Positions 9,950 to 21,261 of a stretch of 64,000 nucleotides of DNA are shown here, piece by piece; position 1 is the first letter of the stretch, and each line of letters begins with the position of its first letter. Source of the stretch: Sphyrna mokarran (taxonomy: Eukaryota). Made by a program: the position numbers and the translations under genes. The stretch covers positions 39,618,001-39,682,000 of the forward strand of contig JAGIQG010000011.1 of NCBI GenBank assembly GCA_024679065.1, given 5' to 3'. Below the pieces are notes generated by a model, which saw nothing but the letters and a program-made list of their open reading frames with translations, had not been told where the DNA came from and ran no database searches.

Positions 9950-11010
9950 GTCCAATCTTTTTCCAGTAGTATCCATGACTCTTTCAATGCTCACTTTAAC
10001 AGTCTCCAATTTCCTAGTGCTAACCATCTCCTCTTCACCACGGACATGTATTCCCGCAATATCTCCATCTTCCACCAGAGTAGTTTGAGGGCTTCACACC
10101 TTTCTTGAATGGAGGCATGAACAGACTCCATCCACCACATTATTTTCTACCTGACTAAATTTATTTTTGCATAGAATAGCCTTCCAAATCCGCTCACTTC
10201 CTTCAAATAGGAGGTGTTGTTAAAGATATCCAAATGGATCGTAGCATTGCCTTCCTTTTTGAGGGTTTGTGGAATGTCCCTTGAATATGGGGCCTTTTTT
10301 TCAGGCAACTTGATGTCAGTGCCATTTCCTGCTTTCACGTTAAACTAGAAAATTTCATCAACGATGCATATTTCCTACCTTCCCCTGATTCATCTCTGAC
10401 TCTTCCCTTCCTTGACTTCTTTGTCTGCATTTCAGGTGATTGGCTGTCAATGAATATTTGCGAGAAAAGTTTCTTATAAAGTTTATTTATTATTGTCACA
10501 AGTAGGCTTACATTAACACTGCAATGAAGTTACTGTGAAAGTCCCCACACTCCGGCACCTGTTCAGACCGATGCACCTAATCAGCATGTCTTTCAAACTG
10601 TGGGAGGAAACCAGAGCATCCGTAGGAAACCCACGTAGACACGGGGAGAGCACACAAACTCCACGCGGACAGTGACCTAAGCCAGGAATCAAATATGGGA
10701 TCCTGGCGCTGTGGGGCAGCAGTGTTAACCACTGTGCTACCGTGCCACCTCCTGAAACCCGTTGGTTGTCACAGCTACCTTGGTCATAATGCCTCATTCC
10801 CTGTTTCTGTAAGGACAGCACTCTATTTTCCAAGATTCCTTGTCTCAGTTGCACCTAATGATGCAACTTGCTATGCTACCACTTCCATGCCATCATCCTT
10901 CGTATTCAGTGGATCATCCACTGCTGTTTGCACTACCTCTGCTCATCAAACACCTCTATCCTCCTCTCAGCTTTCACCACTATTCAGGAACCCTACCCTT
11001 CATTACATTC
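9950..11010 (+). mobile_element. Degenerate Penelope-like retroelement RT fragment, split by a SINE
   Basis: Remnants of LLFT.D, LPFLDF.V.ISGD.LS.NI and HSYL...S.P.S..D RT motifs on either side of the SINE. Confidence 0.6.
10478..10749 (-). mobile_element. tRNA-derived shark SINE (HE1/V-SINE-like), AATAAATAAAC-tail type
   Basis: Minus-strand head GGCACGGTAGCACAGTGGTTAACACTGCTG..., core GGTTTCCTCCCACAG, tail CAGTAACTTCATTGCAGTGTTAATGTAAGCCTACTTGTGAC. Confidence 0.9.
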
Positions 11011-11206
11011 CTAATTCTAATTGCAGATTGTTGTTGCTATGTCTGGTATATATTTTGCAAAAGAAGTGGAAATTATACAAATCAGAAATTCACAACCAAG
11101 AAAACTTGTGTAGACTTTTCAATTCTGCTTTTGATGATAATACTTGTGATGGGATATTTTCAGCCTACTATTCTAATGGGAAGTGAATTTGAATGTTTTA
11201 TTTTAG

Positions 11207-11343
11207 AACGGGAGATCGACATACTTTCAGAATTGCAAAGTGTGGAAGTGTATGAGAAAGAGACAGCCACCTTTGAAACTGAGATCTCTCAAGATGTTCC
11301 AGTTGAGTGGAAGCTCAAGGGAGAAATCCTTCGCCCATCACCT
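11207..11343 (+). CDS. ttn: titin Ig I87 exon a
   Basis: REIDILSELQ...LRPSP; AG/GT. Confidence 0.93.
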
Positions 11344-11452
11344 GTAAGCTTTTCTTCAAAGCTGGAATCTTTGTCACTAAAAAAGTGGAATTCAAGATTG
11401 TAAAGCTGTTTTGTAAAAATGTACCTAATTATGATGTTTTTAAAAATTTCAG

Positions 11453-11579
11453 ACCTGTGAGATGAAAGCAGATGGTGCAAAACGTTTCTTGATTCTTCAT
11501 GATGTCAAACTGGATCAAGCTGGTGAAGTTGTCTTCAAGGCACGCAATGCCACATCCATTGCTTACCTAAGAGTTAAAG
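11453..11579 (+). CDS. ttn: titin Ig I87 exon b
   Basis: TCEMKADGAKRF...LRVK; AG/GT, restores phase 1. Confidence 0.93.
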
Positions 11580-11687
11580 GTAACTAATAATCCTTAAGAA
11601 AAGATTCAGTTTTATTTATGATGAAAGAAGATGAGAAATTTTAAAGTAGTTTGTTTTTGTTTGATTAAAATGTAATTTTGCTTGCAG

Positions 11688-11954
11688 AAATTGAACTTGA
11701 CTTTGAGGCACCACTAAAAGATGTGACTGTTCCTGAAAAGCATCAGGCACGATTTGAATGTGTGCTTAACAAGGAGGTTCCCAAAATTCTGTGGTCGAAA
11801 GGTACCGACATTCTTAAGGCTGGTGATAAGTATGATTTAGTTGCTGATGGAAAGAAACACATTCTTGTTATCAATAAGTCAACCTTTGATGATGAAGGAG
11901 ATTATAGCGCTGAAATTGTGGACAAGAAATCAACTGCAAAGCTCACTGTAACTG
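11688..11954 (+). CDS. ttn: titin Ig I88 exon
   Basis: IELDFEAPLKDV...; 267 nt AG/GT. Confidence 0.95.
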
Positions 11955-12189
11955 GTGAGTCCTTTTAATTAATTACATTTCATGGTTAAACAATTTGCTG
12001 ATTTAATGTGTTGATAATATTTAATTGATCTGACCTCAGTTTGGCTTAAGGTTTGGTAATGTGATAATATATTTGTGAAGTCTTACTTAAATATTCTGTT
12101 GATGCTTTTTACATTTTCTTTAGCTGACTTAACTTTTGTTTTTCTGAAGCACCGAGAAATCTGTATAATTAAAGATGGATATCCATCAT

Positions 12190-12557
12190 ACAGAGTATCA
12201 CATACATAGGATCCTTATTGTGCAACATGACGCCATTTAGCCATTGAGTTTGCACTGACCCACTAACAGGGCATCTTACCCAGGCCCACTCCTGTAACTC
12301 TGCATATTTACTATCACTAATTCCCCTAACTTAAACCTCTTGGGACACTAACGGACAATTTAGCATGGCTAATCTATCTAACCTGCACATCTTTGGACTG
12401 TGGAAGAGAACTAGAACACCCAGAGAAAACACATGCAGACATGAGGAAAACATGTAACATGCAAACTACATGCATACAGTGACCACAAGGCCAAAATCAA
12501 ACACAGGTCCCTGCTGCTGTTAGCAGTAGTGCTAACCACTACACCACAGCGCTGCCA
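12190..12557 (-). mobile_element. HE1-like shark SINE, CR1-tail type
   Basis: Minus-strand head GTGGTTAGCACTACTGC; core reads CTAACCTGCACATCTTTGGACTGTGG on +. Confidence 0.85.
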
Positions 12558-12834
12558 TATTAGATCAAAGCCCGGGTTTGGAGAGTTGCCTCACCCTAAT
12601 GCCAGGCTAATTAGGCCATTTAAAAAGTACTATATTAATGGAAGAACTTGCATTTATTTCATCACTTTCTTCATAGTTTAGATGTACCAAAGCTCAATTA
12701 AATACTTTTGAAGTGTAGCTCCTGTTGGAATGGAGGGAAATAGCAGGGTATAAAAATGTCAATTTCAATTGAATTATTAGTTACACAATTTTGAACTGTA
12801 CAGTAACCGATCCATGCATCACTTCATATTTCAG

Positions 12835-13101
12835 GTATGAGGTTGAAGTTCATTACACCACTAAAAGATCAGACAGTCAAAGAAGGTAACACAGCTCATT
12901 TTGAATTTGAGCTTTCGCATGAAAATCTCCCAGTGACTTGGTACCGGAATGAAGACAAAATTCACCCAAGCAGAACAGTTCTGCTCTCTACTGATGGGAA
13001 GAAGCATGTATTAGAAATTAAAGAAGTAACTCTTGATGATACATGTCAGATACGAGCAGAAGTTGCTCAACTATCCACAAAAGGACAACTGAATGTCATT
13101 G
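12835..13101 (+). CDS. ttn: titin Ig I89 exon
   Basis: MRLKFITPLKDQ...; 267 nt AG/GT. Confidence 0.95.
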
Positions 13102-13299
13102 GTAAGAATTTAGTAAAACAATGATTTGGAATTCTGTTGTGCAGAATGCAATACTAACTGAAGGTGCAGAGAATAAGACTGAGGGGCTGGGGCATTGACG
13201 CAAACAGGAGATCCATGTCTGACCTCCAGCAATGGGGTCAAAGGTCCAAATTATTCTGACAGTTGAGGGAAGCAAGTCAGCAAAACTGACACCAAACAG

Positions 13300-16200
13300 T
13301 GAGAGGGTAATTTTACTGGTTTAGCACATCCTTATAACTCATTAACGTGGAAATTTTTGCGATTGAATAGTAGCTTTAAAATTAACCAAGAGCCACATGG
13401 GATCACAGGTCTTCAGTTGCCCAGCTGTTTAAACTTGAAAGTGAGCAGGCAGCTTAGTCTATAAGAGGAAGGTAAGCCTCCTGCCATTTTCAGAACAAAG
13501 AGAAGGCTATGATGCATCACAGGGAAGGATGCGGTCACTGCATGGTGGGTGAGGATCATTGATGGGAGATCAAGGGTCATTATAGAGAATATGAGAATCT
13601 TTGCAAAAATCTGAAGGTCTTTCGAGGAGGATGAGAGTCATTGTGGGACATCTCAGGAAGAGAGAAGAGTCACTATGGGAGGACAAGGGCCATCTCTTGG
13701 TGGGAGGGGAGGGAACAAGAGCAGATTAACTTGCCCATAGGATCTTGGCGACACATTTCAAACACAGGTGCTAGATGTTTCCTGAAGACTAGGGACACAA
13801 CAAAGGACATATCTTTGTCAGGGCAGTGTTGTGGCGTTTTTTAGACCTGATCATGGTCTTGCCCTCTTGGTGTTCCTGGAACCCTTAGTAAAGAAGTAGC
13901 AATAATCTGGAACTTCAAAGGAACAAGTGGTAGGAGGCTATTGTAAAGTGACTCAGTCTGTGGTTGGATCAAACAGAAAGAACTGTTAACAGGAAGCCCA
14001 AAGTGATGCAGTTAGGTGACGATCATTGCTACGTTTCACAGTATATAGGTCTTGCCTGAATTATCTTCAAATATTAGAGGAATGATGCCAACAAAAGTTC
14101 TGAATGTCTTGGGATGCCATCATGTACCAGTGTGTCCTGCTACAGAATGATCTGCAACTCCTGGAACTTCGAGGACACCCAATGTCTGTGACTTTGATGG
14201 TCTGGTATCATTAAACTTTTACGCCAATGGCTGTTTCCAGGGTGTCACTGGAGGTGTGTGGCATTTATGAGGCAGCTGCTCACCACTGCATCATCAAATT
14301 GATCAGTTCCCTGCACTGAAGAGAGCTAGAGAGTTAGTGCAACATACGATTGACAAAGAGAGTTATGCCAACAATCTGTGGGCTTCAGGATCAGTGCAGG
14401 ATGTTATCCATTGAATCCATATGGCAATTAGGGCTCCCTGGGAGCAGCCTGTGCTATTTATCACCAGAAATGGTTCCAGTCCATTCACTTGCAATTGATG
14501 TGGCACCCAGAGGAAACAAATCTTCAGCTTTGTGCTTCAGGTTTCCAGAAATTTCACAAGATGCATACATTCCACACCCCACCCAGATGCCACAGATATT
14601 CAAGATCACTACATGCCTACATATATATATATACATATATAATCACAGAAACCATTCCAGCCAAGGAGTATTATAATGAATGCCATTGATCAGTAAGGGC
14701 AATGGTTGAATAGATCATTGACTTGTTAAAAATAAAGTATCTAGACTGCTCTTGTAGGCTCTACAATTGGTGTCTTAGTGTGTCTCTGGGATTAACAGCA
14801 CTGTGTGCATTGCATAATCTTGCAGCAAAGGGAAGCAGTCTTTGCTGATTCAGGAGCTTGGGGAACCACATTCTTCATCTGATGATTAAGATGGGGAACA
14901 GGGAACAGAACAGGCAGATCATCAGGCTGAAGCTCCTACACTAGGTGCAAAGGCAATGAAAAGGCCCACAAGAGAAATCCGTGAGCTCCACACTGACACC
15001 AGATTCCAGCAGGCAAAATGCTTTGACAAGCCTTCTCCTTTAGATCTTATGCTTATGCAATCCCCAAATGTCCTTCCAACAGCCACCATTATCCATCAAG
15101 AAGTAACACCATTCTTGTCACTCCAACCATGGAGAAGTCAATACTCTGCTTTCAGTGATATATACATGCAACTTATTCTGCAAGTACCCATATGGCTAAC
15201 CAGGGGACAACATTAGCATCATCCAAAATACAGAAATAAAGGAAATAAGATTATTTAATCACATGCTGCTGTAAGTTATCAACATGGTGCATCTACATGT
15301 GGTCTTTCATGCTATCCTGAGTGCTCTGACTTGGTATCACTTCAATATCAACAGCTGAGGTGGAGAGAGAATGGTTGTGCTCATTCTTATTGCTCTCTCT
15401 GCTTGTTTCTGTCAAGTTCTGGATTCTCCATAGTGATTCCACTGTGCGATACCCCATGCCTGCGATGATCTTGTTGACCTCCTTTGATTGTCCGAGCCTG
15501 GAAGATCCTGGCAAGCTGAGGGACTCCTGCCTGGATGCTGATGTTTCTTTCATTGCCGTGGTTACTGGAGGCACTAGAGTCACTGATTGAGGAGCAGTAC
15601 TCACCTTCTAAGCGCCCTGAGAAGAACTTCTAGGAGAGGGAGGCTGGTGCTTCTCCTTCATCTCTCTGCTTGACAGCAGCTCCCTCTCCACTTGAGGAAG
15701 AGGGAGACCTCGAGGAGTGTCCAGTTATTTCATCTCTTTCTTGTCTGGTCCTTGTTGCAAAGAGCTCATGGCCAATGCAGCAATGACCAGGTCCTGCAAC
15801 GTATGTAGGTCCGAGTACACATCCAGCAGCCACTGAATGGTTTGCTGAATCTGACTCTGCCTGATGGTTGCAGCTTCTCCATGGAGAAGATCATGCCTGA
15901 GACATAGGTAGAATGCTTGGTCAGAATAGACTCCTCCATCATCTGCATATGCCTATACATGGCAGTTCCACCAGATGTTCCTCTGTCTGTTTCTCCATCA
16001 CCAGAAGGTTTCTATTGCCTGTCACCAGAGACCTACCATCCGCTAGATGCCCTGAATGGACCATAATGGACTCCTCCATCATCTGCATATGCCTATACAT
16101 GGCACTTCTACTAGATGTTCTTCTGTCTGTTTCTTCATCACCAGAAGGTTTCTATTGCCTGTCACCAGAGACCATCATCCGCTAAATGCCCTGAATGAAC

Positions 16201-17435
16201 ATGGCTTCCAACAATCCTCTGACTATCAGGTCCGTCAGCTGTCTATCAGCTGTTCGGGCATGTCTGGTTAGTTCATTCAGTCCAATTCTGAATGGTTATC
16301 ACATTCATCGAGGTGAATGTATCTGCACTGATACATGCACCCCTGAGTCTTCAATGTTATCCTCCTCAAAACTGCAAGGACATGAATGACAGAGCAGTTC
16401 CCCCCAGAATCCAAAGAACTCCATTGGAGAACACAAAGAATTAGATTCACATTTGGTTCAGGCGTGAAGGGCCAAATGACCTCCTCCTGCTCCAATTTTT
16501 GGTGCTTTTTATAATTTCTCTTCTCATCCCTTTCTGATGCATGTCTCCTTTCTGTCCATTGATGAACACCAACTGGAGACTTCTTCACTCTCTTCGGTCC
16601 CATTTCACTGTCTTTTATTGCTCAGCTGTCTGTCCAGGCTCATTGCCTCCTTCTGTGCTGATGTAAGTGACCTAATGTTAGCCATTGCTCCATCCACCTT
16701 TTTTTGTTCTTTGCTGTGTGTATTGTGTTTTCCTGAGAACAGAAGGGGAGCAACTCTCTGCCTAATAGACATCTGACCCCCTGACCATCACGCATTCCTC
16801 TGGCAAGGTAATGGAGCCTGCTGGTTATCCATTCTCATGACATTTGGACAACAGTGGAAGCAAGAGCCTTAAACTTGGCGACCACAGGCATTCAAGTCTC
16901 ATTTTGTATCTTGTATCTTTCACCTGTCTTCATACTCCCTCTCCTGGGGCACATTGTATGTTGCACTCATGAGAGCGATGTTGTTCCAAACATTCAGTTA
17001 TGCTCACCCTGGAAACATGGAAGAAGTAGTTGACCCTCTTTCTTCATTCACCTTTGTCCATTTGAGCATTGTGCCACTCCCTGCATAATGCTGATCTCTG
17101 ATCAGGCTGGAAGTCTGAAGCATGAACTTGAGGTACTGTTGCAAGAGAGAAAGTTGAGGCTGAAGGCATTATCAGGATTCCCTTTTGCCTCTGCAACACT
17201 GAAGCTTCTGCCTTGTAGCCATTGTCACTCAGAAATGGTTCCTGGATCTCTGACTCCATCAGTTGGTTGGCGTCTTCCTTCCAGCTCCCATTGCAGAATT
17301 GGCTGGGCCTGGACACCACTTTATTATCCAAAGCCACCATGTAATTATAGTTGGCTAGTTATTCCTGCCAGTAATAACAGTGTCACCACTCCAGGTCTGT
17401 TGCTGGTTGGTATGCTATGATGACTAAATTCTGCC
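13300..17435. mobile_element. Fossil PIF/Harbinger DNA transposon (transposase on +, Myb/SANT-like ORF2 on -); ends approximate
   Basis: + strand ~14100-14830: LNFYANGCFQG, VQDVIH*IHMAIRAP..QP.LFITRNG, RFP...QDAYI, AKEYYNECH*SVRAMVE*IIDLLK (HARBI1-like DDE motifs with stops); - strand ~16620-16720: EQKKVDGAMANIRSLTSAQKEA. Confidence 0.7.
15929..16203. repeat. Direct tandem duplication, two copies, 140-bp period
   Basis: GACTCCTCCATCATCTGCATATGCC...TGCCCTGAATG starts at 15929 and at 16069. Confidence 0.9.
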
Positions 17436-17606
17436 TGATATGTTGCATACAATTCTCTGCATAACAGAACAGATAAAGAAATGATTTTAAAAAAGAGGGC
17501 ATCAGGTGTGCCTAATGATTCATTTCTTGAAATGTTTTAACTGTTAACAAGTTGTGAGACTCTTTCTCTTCAGGCAGTAAATTAGCTGTTTGTCTCTCAT
17601 CCACAG

Positions 17607-17870
17607 AGGCTGATCCTTATTTCACTGTGAAACTCCAAGATTATACAGCTATCGAGAAAGATGAAGTAATTCTCGAATGTGAACTCAGCAAGGATGTGCC
17701 TGTAAAATGGTTGAAGGATGGCAAGGACATCATAGCTTCAAAGATAGTTTCAATGAAGGCTGTTGATAAACGCCGTATTTTGACGATCAAAAAAGTTCAC
17801 AATAAAGACAAGGGTGACTATGAATGTGACTGTGGAACGGACAAGACAAAAGCCACTTTGAATATTGAAG
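17607..17870 (+). CDS. ttn: titin Ig I90 exon
   Basis: ADPYFTVKLQDY...; 264 nt AG/GT. Confidence 0.95.
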
Positions 17871-17972
17871 GTATCGAACTTCTGACTGAGTACAAGTAGA
17901 TTCTTCAACAATTATAAAATAACATTCTTCCAAATGTTCAGTTTAAACATCCATTTTTAATATTGTCTGCAG

Positions 17973-18112
17973 CTCGCATCATCAAGATAGTGCATCCATT
18001 GCATGGTGTAGAAATCTTTGAAGGTGAAACTGCGCGCTTTGAAGTGGAGATCTCAGAAACAGATGTGCATCCTCAATGGAAGCTGAAGGGCGAAAGTTTG
18101 TTTATGTCACCT
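17973..18112 (+). CDS. ttn: titin Ig I91 (I27) exon a
   Basis: RIIKIVHPLHGVEIFEGETARFEVEIS...; AG/GT. Confidence 0.95.
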
Positions 18113-18354
18113 GTAAGTTGTTTCTTTCATTTATCTCAAAGTTAAACATTCCTACCTCTATGTTGGAATTATTTGTTAGTAAATAATTTCACCTCAGAAT
18201 TATATTAATTTAATTAAACATTATAAAATCATCTTCCTAATAATGTTCAGTAAAACTCAAGGGTCTGAATATTTGTTCCTCAAGAAAGTTTTGGGATAAA
18301 TTTTCTACAAATAAACGTCAACCTAAAATATCTTGGGTGATTTTGTATTGGCAG

Positions 18355-18481
18355 CAATGTGAGATTCTCGAGGAAGGCAAGAAACACATCCTTACCCTCT
18401 ACAATTGCAAGCTAAGTGATTCTGGAGAAGTTTTCTTCCAGGCTGCTAATGCTAAGTGTGCAGCTAATCTGAAAGTCAAAG
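18355..18481 (+). CDS. ttn: titin Ig I91 (I27) exon b
   Basis: QCEILEEGKKHIL...QAANAKCAANLKVK; AG/GT. Confidence 0.95.
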
Positions 18482-18621
18482 GTAATTTTTCATACATTTG
18501 GAAGAAGTTGTTACTTTTTTCTGAAGTTTAATAATTGCAATTCAGGCTACTAATGTACTATTGTTCCATTAACTGTATGTGTGATTTGCATATGTTATAT
18601 CAGCATATTAAAAAAATATAT

Positions 18622-18905
18622 AGGGGGGTGGTTCAGATCGGAGTTGTGGAAGGGTTTCTTCACGCAGAGGTTGGTGAATCTTTGGAATTCTCTGCCTGAT
18701 GAGATGGTGGAGGCTTCCTCACTGAATATGTTCAAGACAAGAGTGGATAGGTTTTTAATTGACAAGGGAATTAAGGGTAACGGGGAGAAAGCGGGAAAGT
18801 GGTACTGAACCACTACAGATCAGCCATGATCTTATTGAATGTCAGGGCAGGCTCAAGGGCTGTATGGCCTACTCCTGATCCTATTTCTTATGTTATGTTA
18901 TGTTG
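18622..18905 (+). mobile_element. CR1 LINE 3' end
   Basis: FFTQRLVNLWNSLP...FKTRVDRFL; 3' UTR GATCAGCCATGATC...GGCCTACTCCTG; (TTATG)n tail. Confidence 0.9.
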
Positions 18906-18961
18906 TGTTATATATCTATTTGAATAATTGGTCATTTTTTACTTTCTACACTCCCATTCAG

Positions 18962-19228
18962 AAATTCCACTCACCTTCATTGTACCGCTTAATGATGTGA
19001 AAGTATATGAGAAAGATGAAGCGAAGTTTGAGTGTGAAGTATCCAGAGTGCCCAAGACTTTCCGTTGGCTAAAAGGAGTTGAGGAGCTTACACCTAATGA
19101 GAAATTTGAAATTCTGTCAGATGGGACAAAACATATGTTGACAGTTAAACAGGCTGCATATGATGATGAGGCAAAATATATGTTTGAAGCAGAGGACAAG
19201 AGGACAACTGGCAAACTAATTATCCAAG
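18962..19228 (+). CDS. ttn: titin Ig I92 exon (GC donor)
   Basis: IPLTFIVPLNDV...; 267 nt; CAAG|gcaagt. Confidence 0.93.
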
Positions 19229-19323
19229 GCAAGTGAATGGAGCAAAAAGCAATGTATGAATTCCTTAGTTAGTTTTCTTGGTAAGGTGGCTTGCATTTGA
19301 TTAAAAAATTCCTTTCTTCATAG

Positions 19324-19590
19324 GCATTCGACTTGAATTTACCAAACCTCTTGAAGACCAGACTGTGAAAGAGCGTGAAAGTGCAGAATTTGTCACTGAA
19401 CTTTCTCATGACAACATACCGGTTGTGTGGTACAAAAATGACAAACGTCTGCATCCAAGTAGGTCCGTGACTATGAAAGATGAGGGTAAAGTCCACTCCA
19501 TTATATTCAATGATGTGACCATTGATGATACTTCCCTCATCAAAGTCGAAGCTATGGCTAAAGCTTCGGAGGCCAAGCTTACTGTAATCG
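19324..19590 (+). CDS. ttn: titin Ig I93 exon
   Basis: IRLEFTKPLEDQ...; 267 nt AG/GT. Confidence 0.95.
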
Positions 19591-19700
19591 GTAGGTATTG
19601 CATATGGAAACATGTGAGTGAATTTTGCTCTCCAAATTTGACACGTTACATTTATTGTTTGACTTATTTTCTAATTTGCTTATTTTTCTGGTTTTCTCAG

Positions 19701-19967
19701 AGGGTGACCCATACTTTATAAACAAACTGCAGGATTATACAGCTGTAGAAAAAGATGATGTTATCTTCCAGTGTGAGATCAGTAAATCTGCTGCTCCCGT
19801 TAAGTGGTTTAAGGATGGAAAAGAACTGATTCCTTCAAAGAATATTCAGATTAAAACAGATGGGAAGAAGCGTATACTGATTATTAAACGGGCTCAGAAG
19901 AGTGACCAGGGACAATATTCATGTGACTGTGGCACTGATAACACATCAGCCAAACTAAACATTGAGG
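19701..19967 (+). CDS. ttn: titin Ig I94 exon
   Basis: GDPYFINKLQDY...; 267 nt AG/GT. Confidence 0.95.
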
Positions 19968-20132
19968 GTAAGAGTTTATTGATAGCATTTAGATACCCAA
20001 TATCCTTTGCCCTTTGTATCTGTTTATTGTGGTGAGTCAACTTGCATTTTTAATAAATTAGATGAAATTATTTTTAGTTATTAGTAATGTACTTTTCCAG
20101 GAAAATAACATTTGCACATTATTTTGCTGCAG

Positions 20133-20272
20133 AACGTGATATTAAGATATTACGTCCATTGTACAGTGTTGAAGTCACAGAAACAGAAACTGCTCGTTTC
20201 GAGACTGAAATTTCTGAAGAAGATGTACATGGCAATTGGATGTTGAAGGGGGAGAAATTGCATCCATCTCCT
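20133..20272 (+). CDS. ttn: titin Ig I95 exon a
   Basis: RDIKILRPLYSV...HPSP; AG/GT. Confidence 0.94.
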
Positions 20273-20375
20273 GTAAGTTTTAAACATTGGACAAGTGCTG
20301 AGGTTTCTCTTGTCTTCTTTCTCTCTTTTTTCTTGCCGTCTTCCTTCCTTAAAGGTTTTTTTTTCCTTAATTTAG

Positions 20376-20502
20376 GATATTGAGATTAAAAAGGAAGGTA
20401 CAAAACATTTTCTTACACTGTACAATGTGCAGATGGATCAAGCTGGTCAAGTTGAATTCCAGGCTGCCAATGCCAAAACCGATGCCCATTTGAGAGTTAA
20501 AG
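20376..20502 (+). CDS. ttn: titin Ig I95 exon b
   Basis: DIEIKKEGTKH...LRVK; AG/GT. Confidence 0.94.
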
Positions 20503-20689
20503 GTAAACCTGTTGAATATCATAGATTAAAAATGTTAATAGCCAAGAAATATGCACTTCTGAAACTCTTAAGACGTTTTGACATTTTACGAGGGATCTAT
20601 ATTTCTCTGCATGTTATGAATATCCAGAACAATCTGCAATGATGTTTTCCATTATACACCACTATAGGTTTCCAAAATTATTGACCACC

Positions 20690-21118
20690 TCATTAATAAT
20701 TGATAAAGGGTTACATTGTTGGCAGCGTAAAGCAGGGAGCTGCCATATTTATTGATTTATTATTGAATAATCCCCTTTTTGGCAGCTGCTAAACTGCTGG
20801 TAGATGGAATTGGGCTATTGCCAAGCAAACAGCTGTTTAACTAAACAGATCTGCTAGTACTCTTGGATGGGTTGTTCCTCAAGTAGAAATGGGGGGGATC
20901 GACTACGAAAAGTAGTTTGAATGTGATGTAGGTTAGGTTTACTGTAATATTCTTTAGGAAGTAAAATGTCGAGATACAGATTTTGACTTCACCCATTGCT
21001 TTTATGGCCAGACCTTGGTCATCTGGGTGGTTGAATAGTCACATTCTGTTGGGACAGCTGAAATGCATCTTTAATTTCTTGAGATTAACGGGCACACCCA
21101 TCTCTTTTGCATTCAAAG
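20690..21118 (+). promoter_or_regulatory. Candidate Cronos-type internal titin promoter (intron before I96)
   Basis: Position equals human intron 239-240 by exon count; TGATAA 20701, CArG-like CCCTTTTTGG 20773, E-boxes CAGCTG at 20783, 20830, 21055; no recognisable repeat. Confidence 0.5.
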
Positions 21119-21261
21119 CTCGGGTGATTGGTTTACTTCGGCCCCTCAAGGATGTGACCGTAACCGCTGGAGATTCAGCTACTTTTGAATGTGAACTCTC
21201 ATACGAAGGAATTGAAGTGCAATGGTTCTTGAAGAACAAGTTACTTGAACCCAGTGAAAAG
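21119..21261 (+). CDS. ttn: titin Ig I96 exon a
   Basis: RVIGLLRPLKDVTVTAG...; AG/GT. Confidence 0.95.

Noticed and set aside
10513-11403. ORFs of 113, 163 and 187 aa
   Set aside because: Chimeric read-through of SINE, Penelope remnant, intron and the I87a exon.
20867-20920. MGCSSS... lipidation-signal peptide as an established Cronos N-terminus
   Set aside because: The frame ends in TGA at 20918 and the only phase-compatible donor (A|gtagaa) is weak; kept only as a candidate within the Cronos finding.
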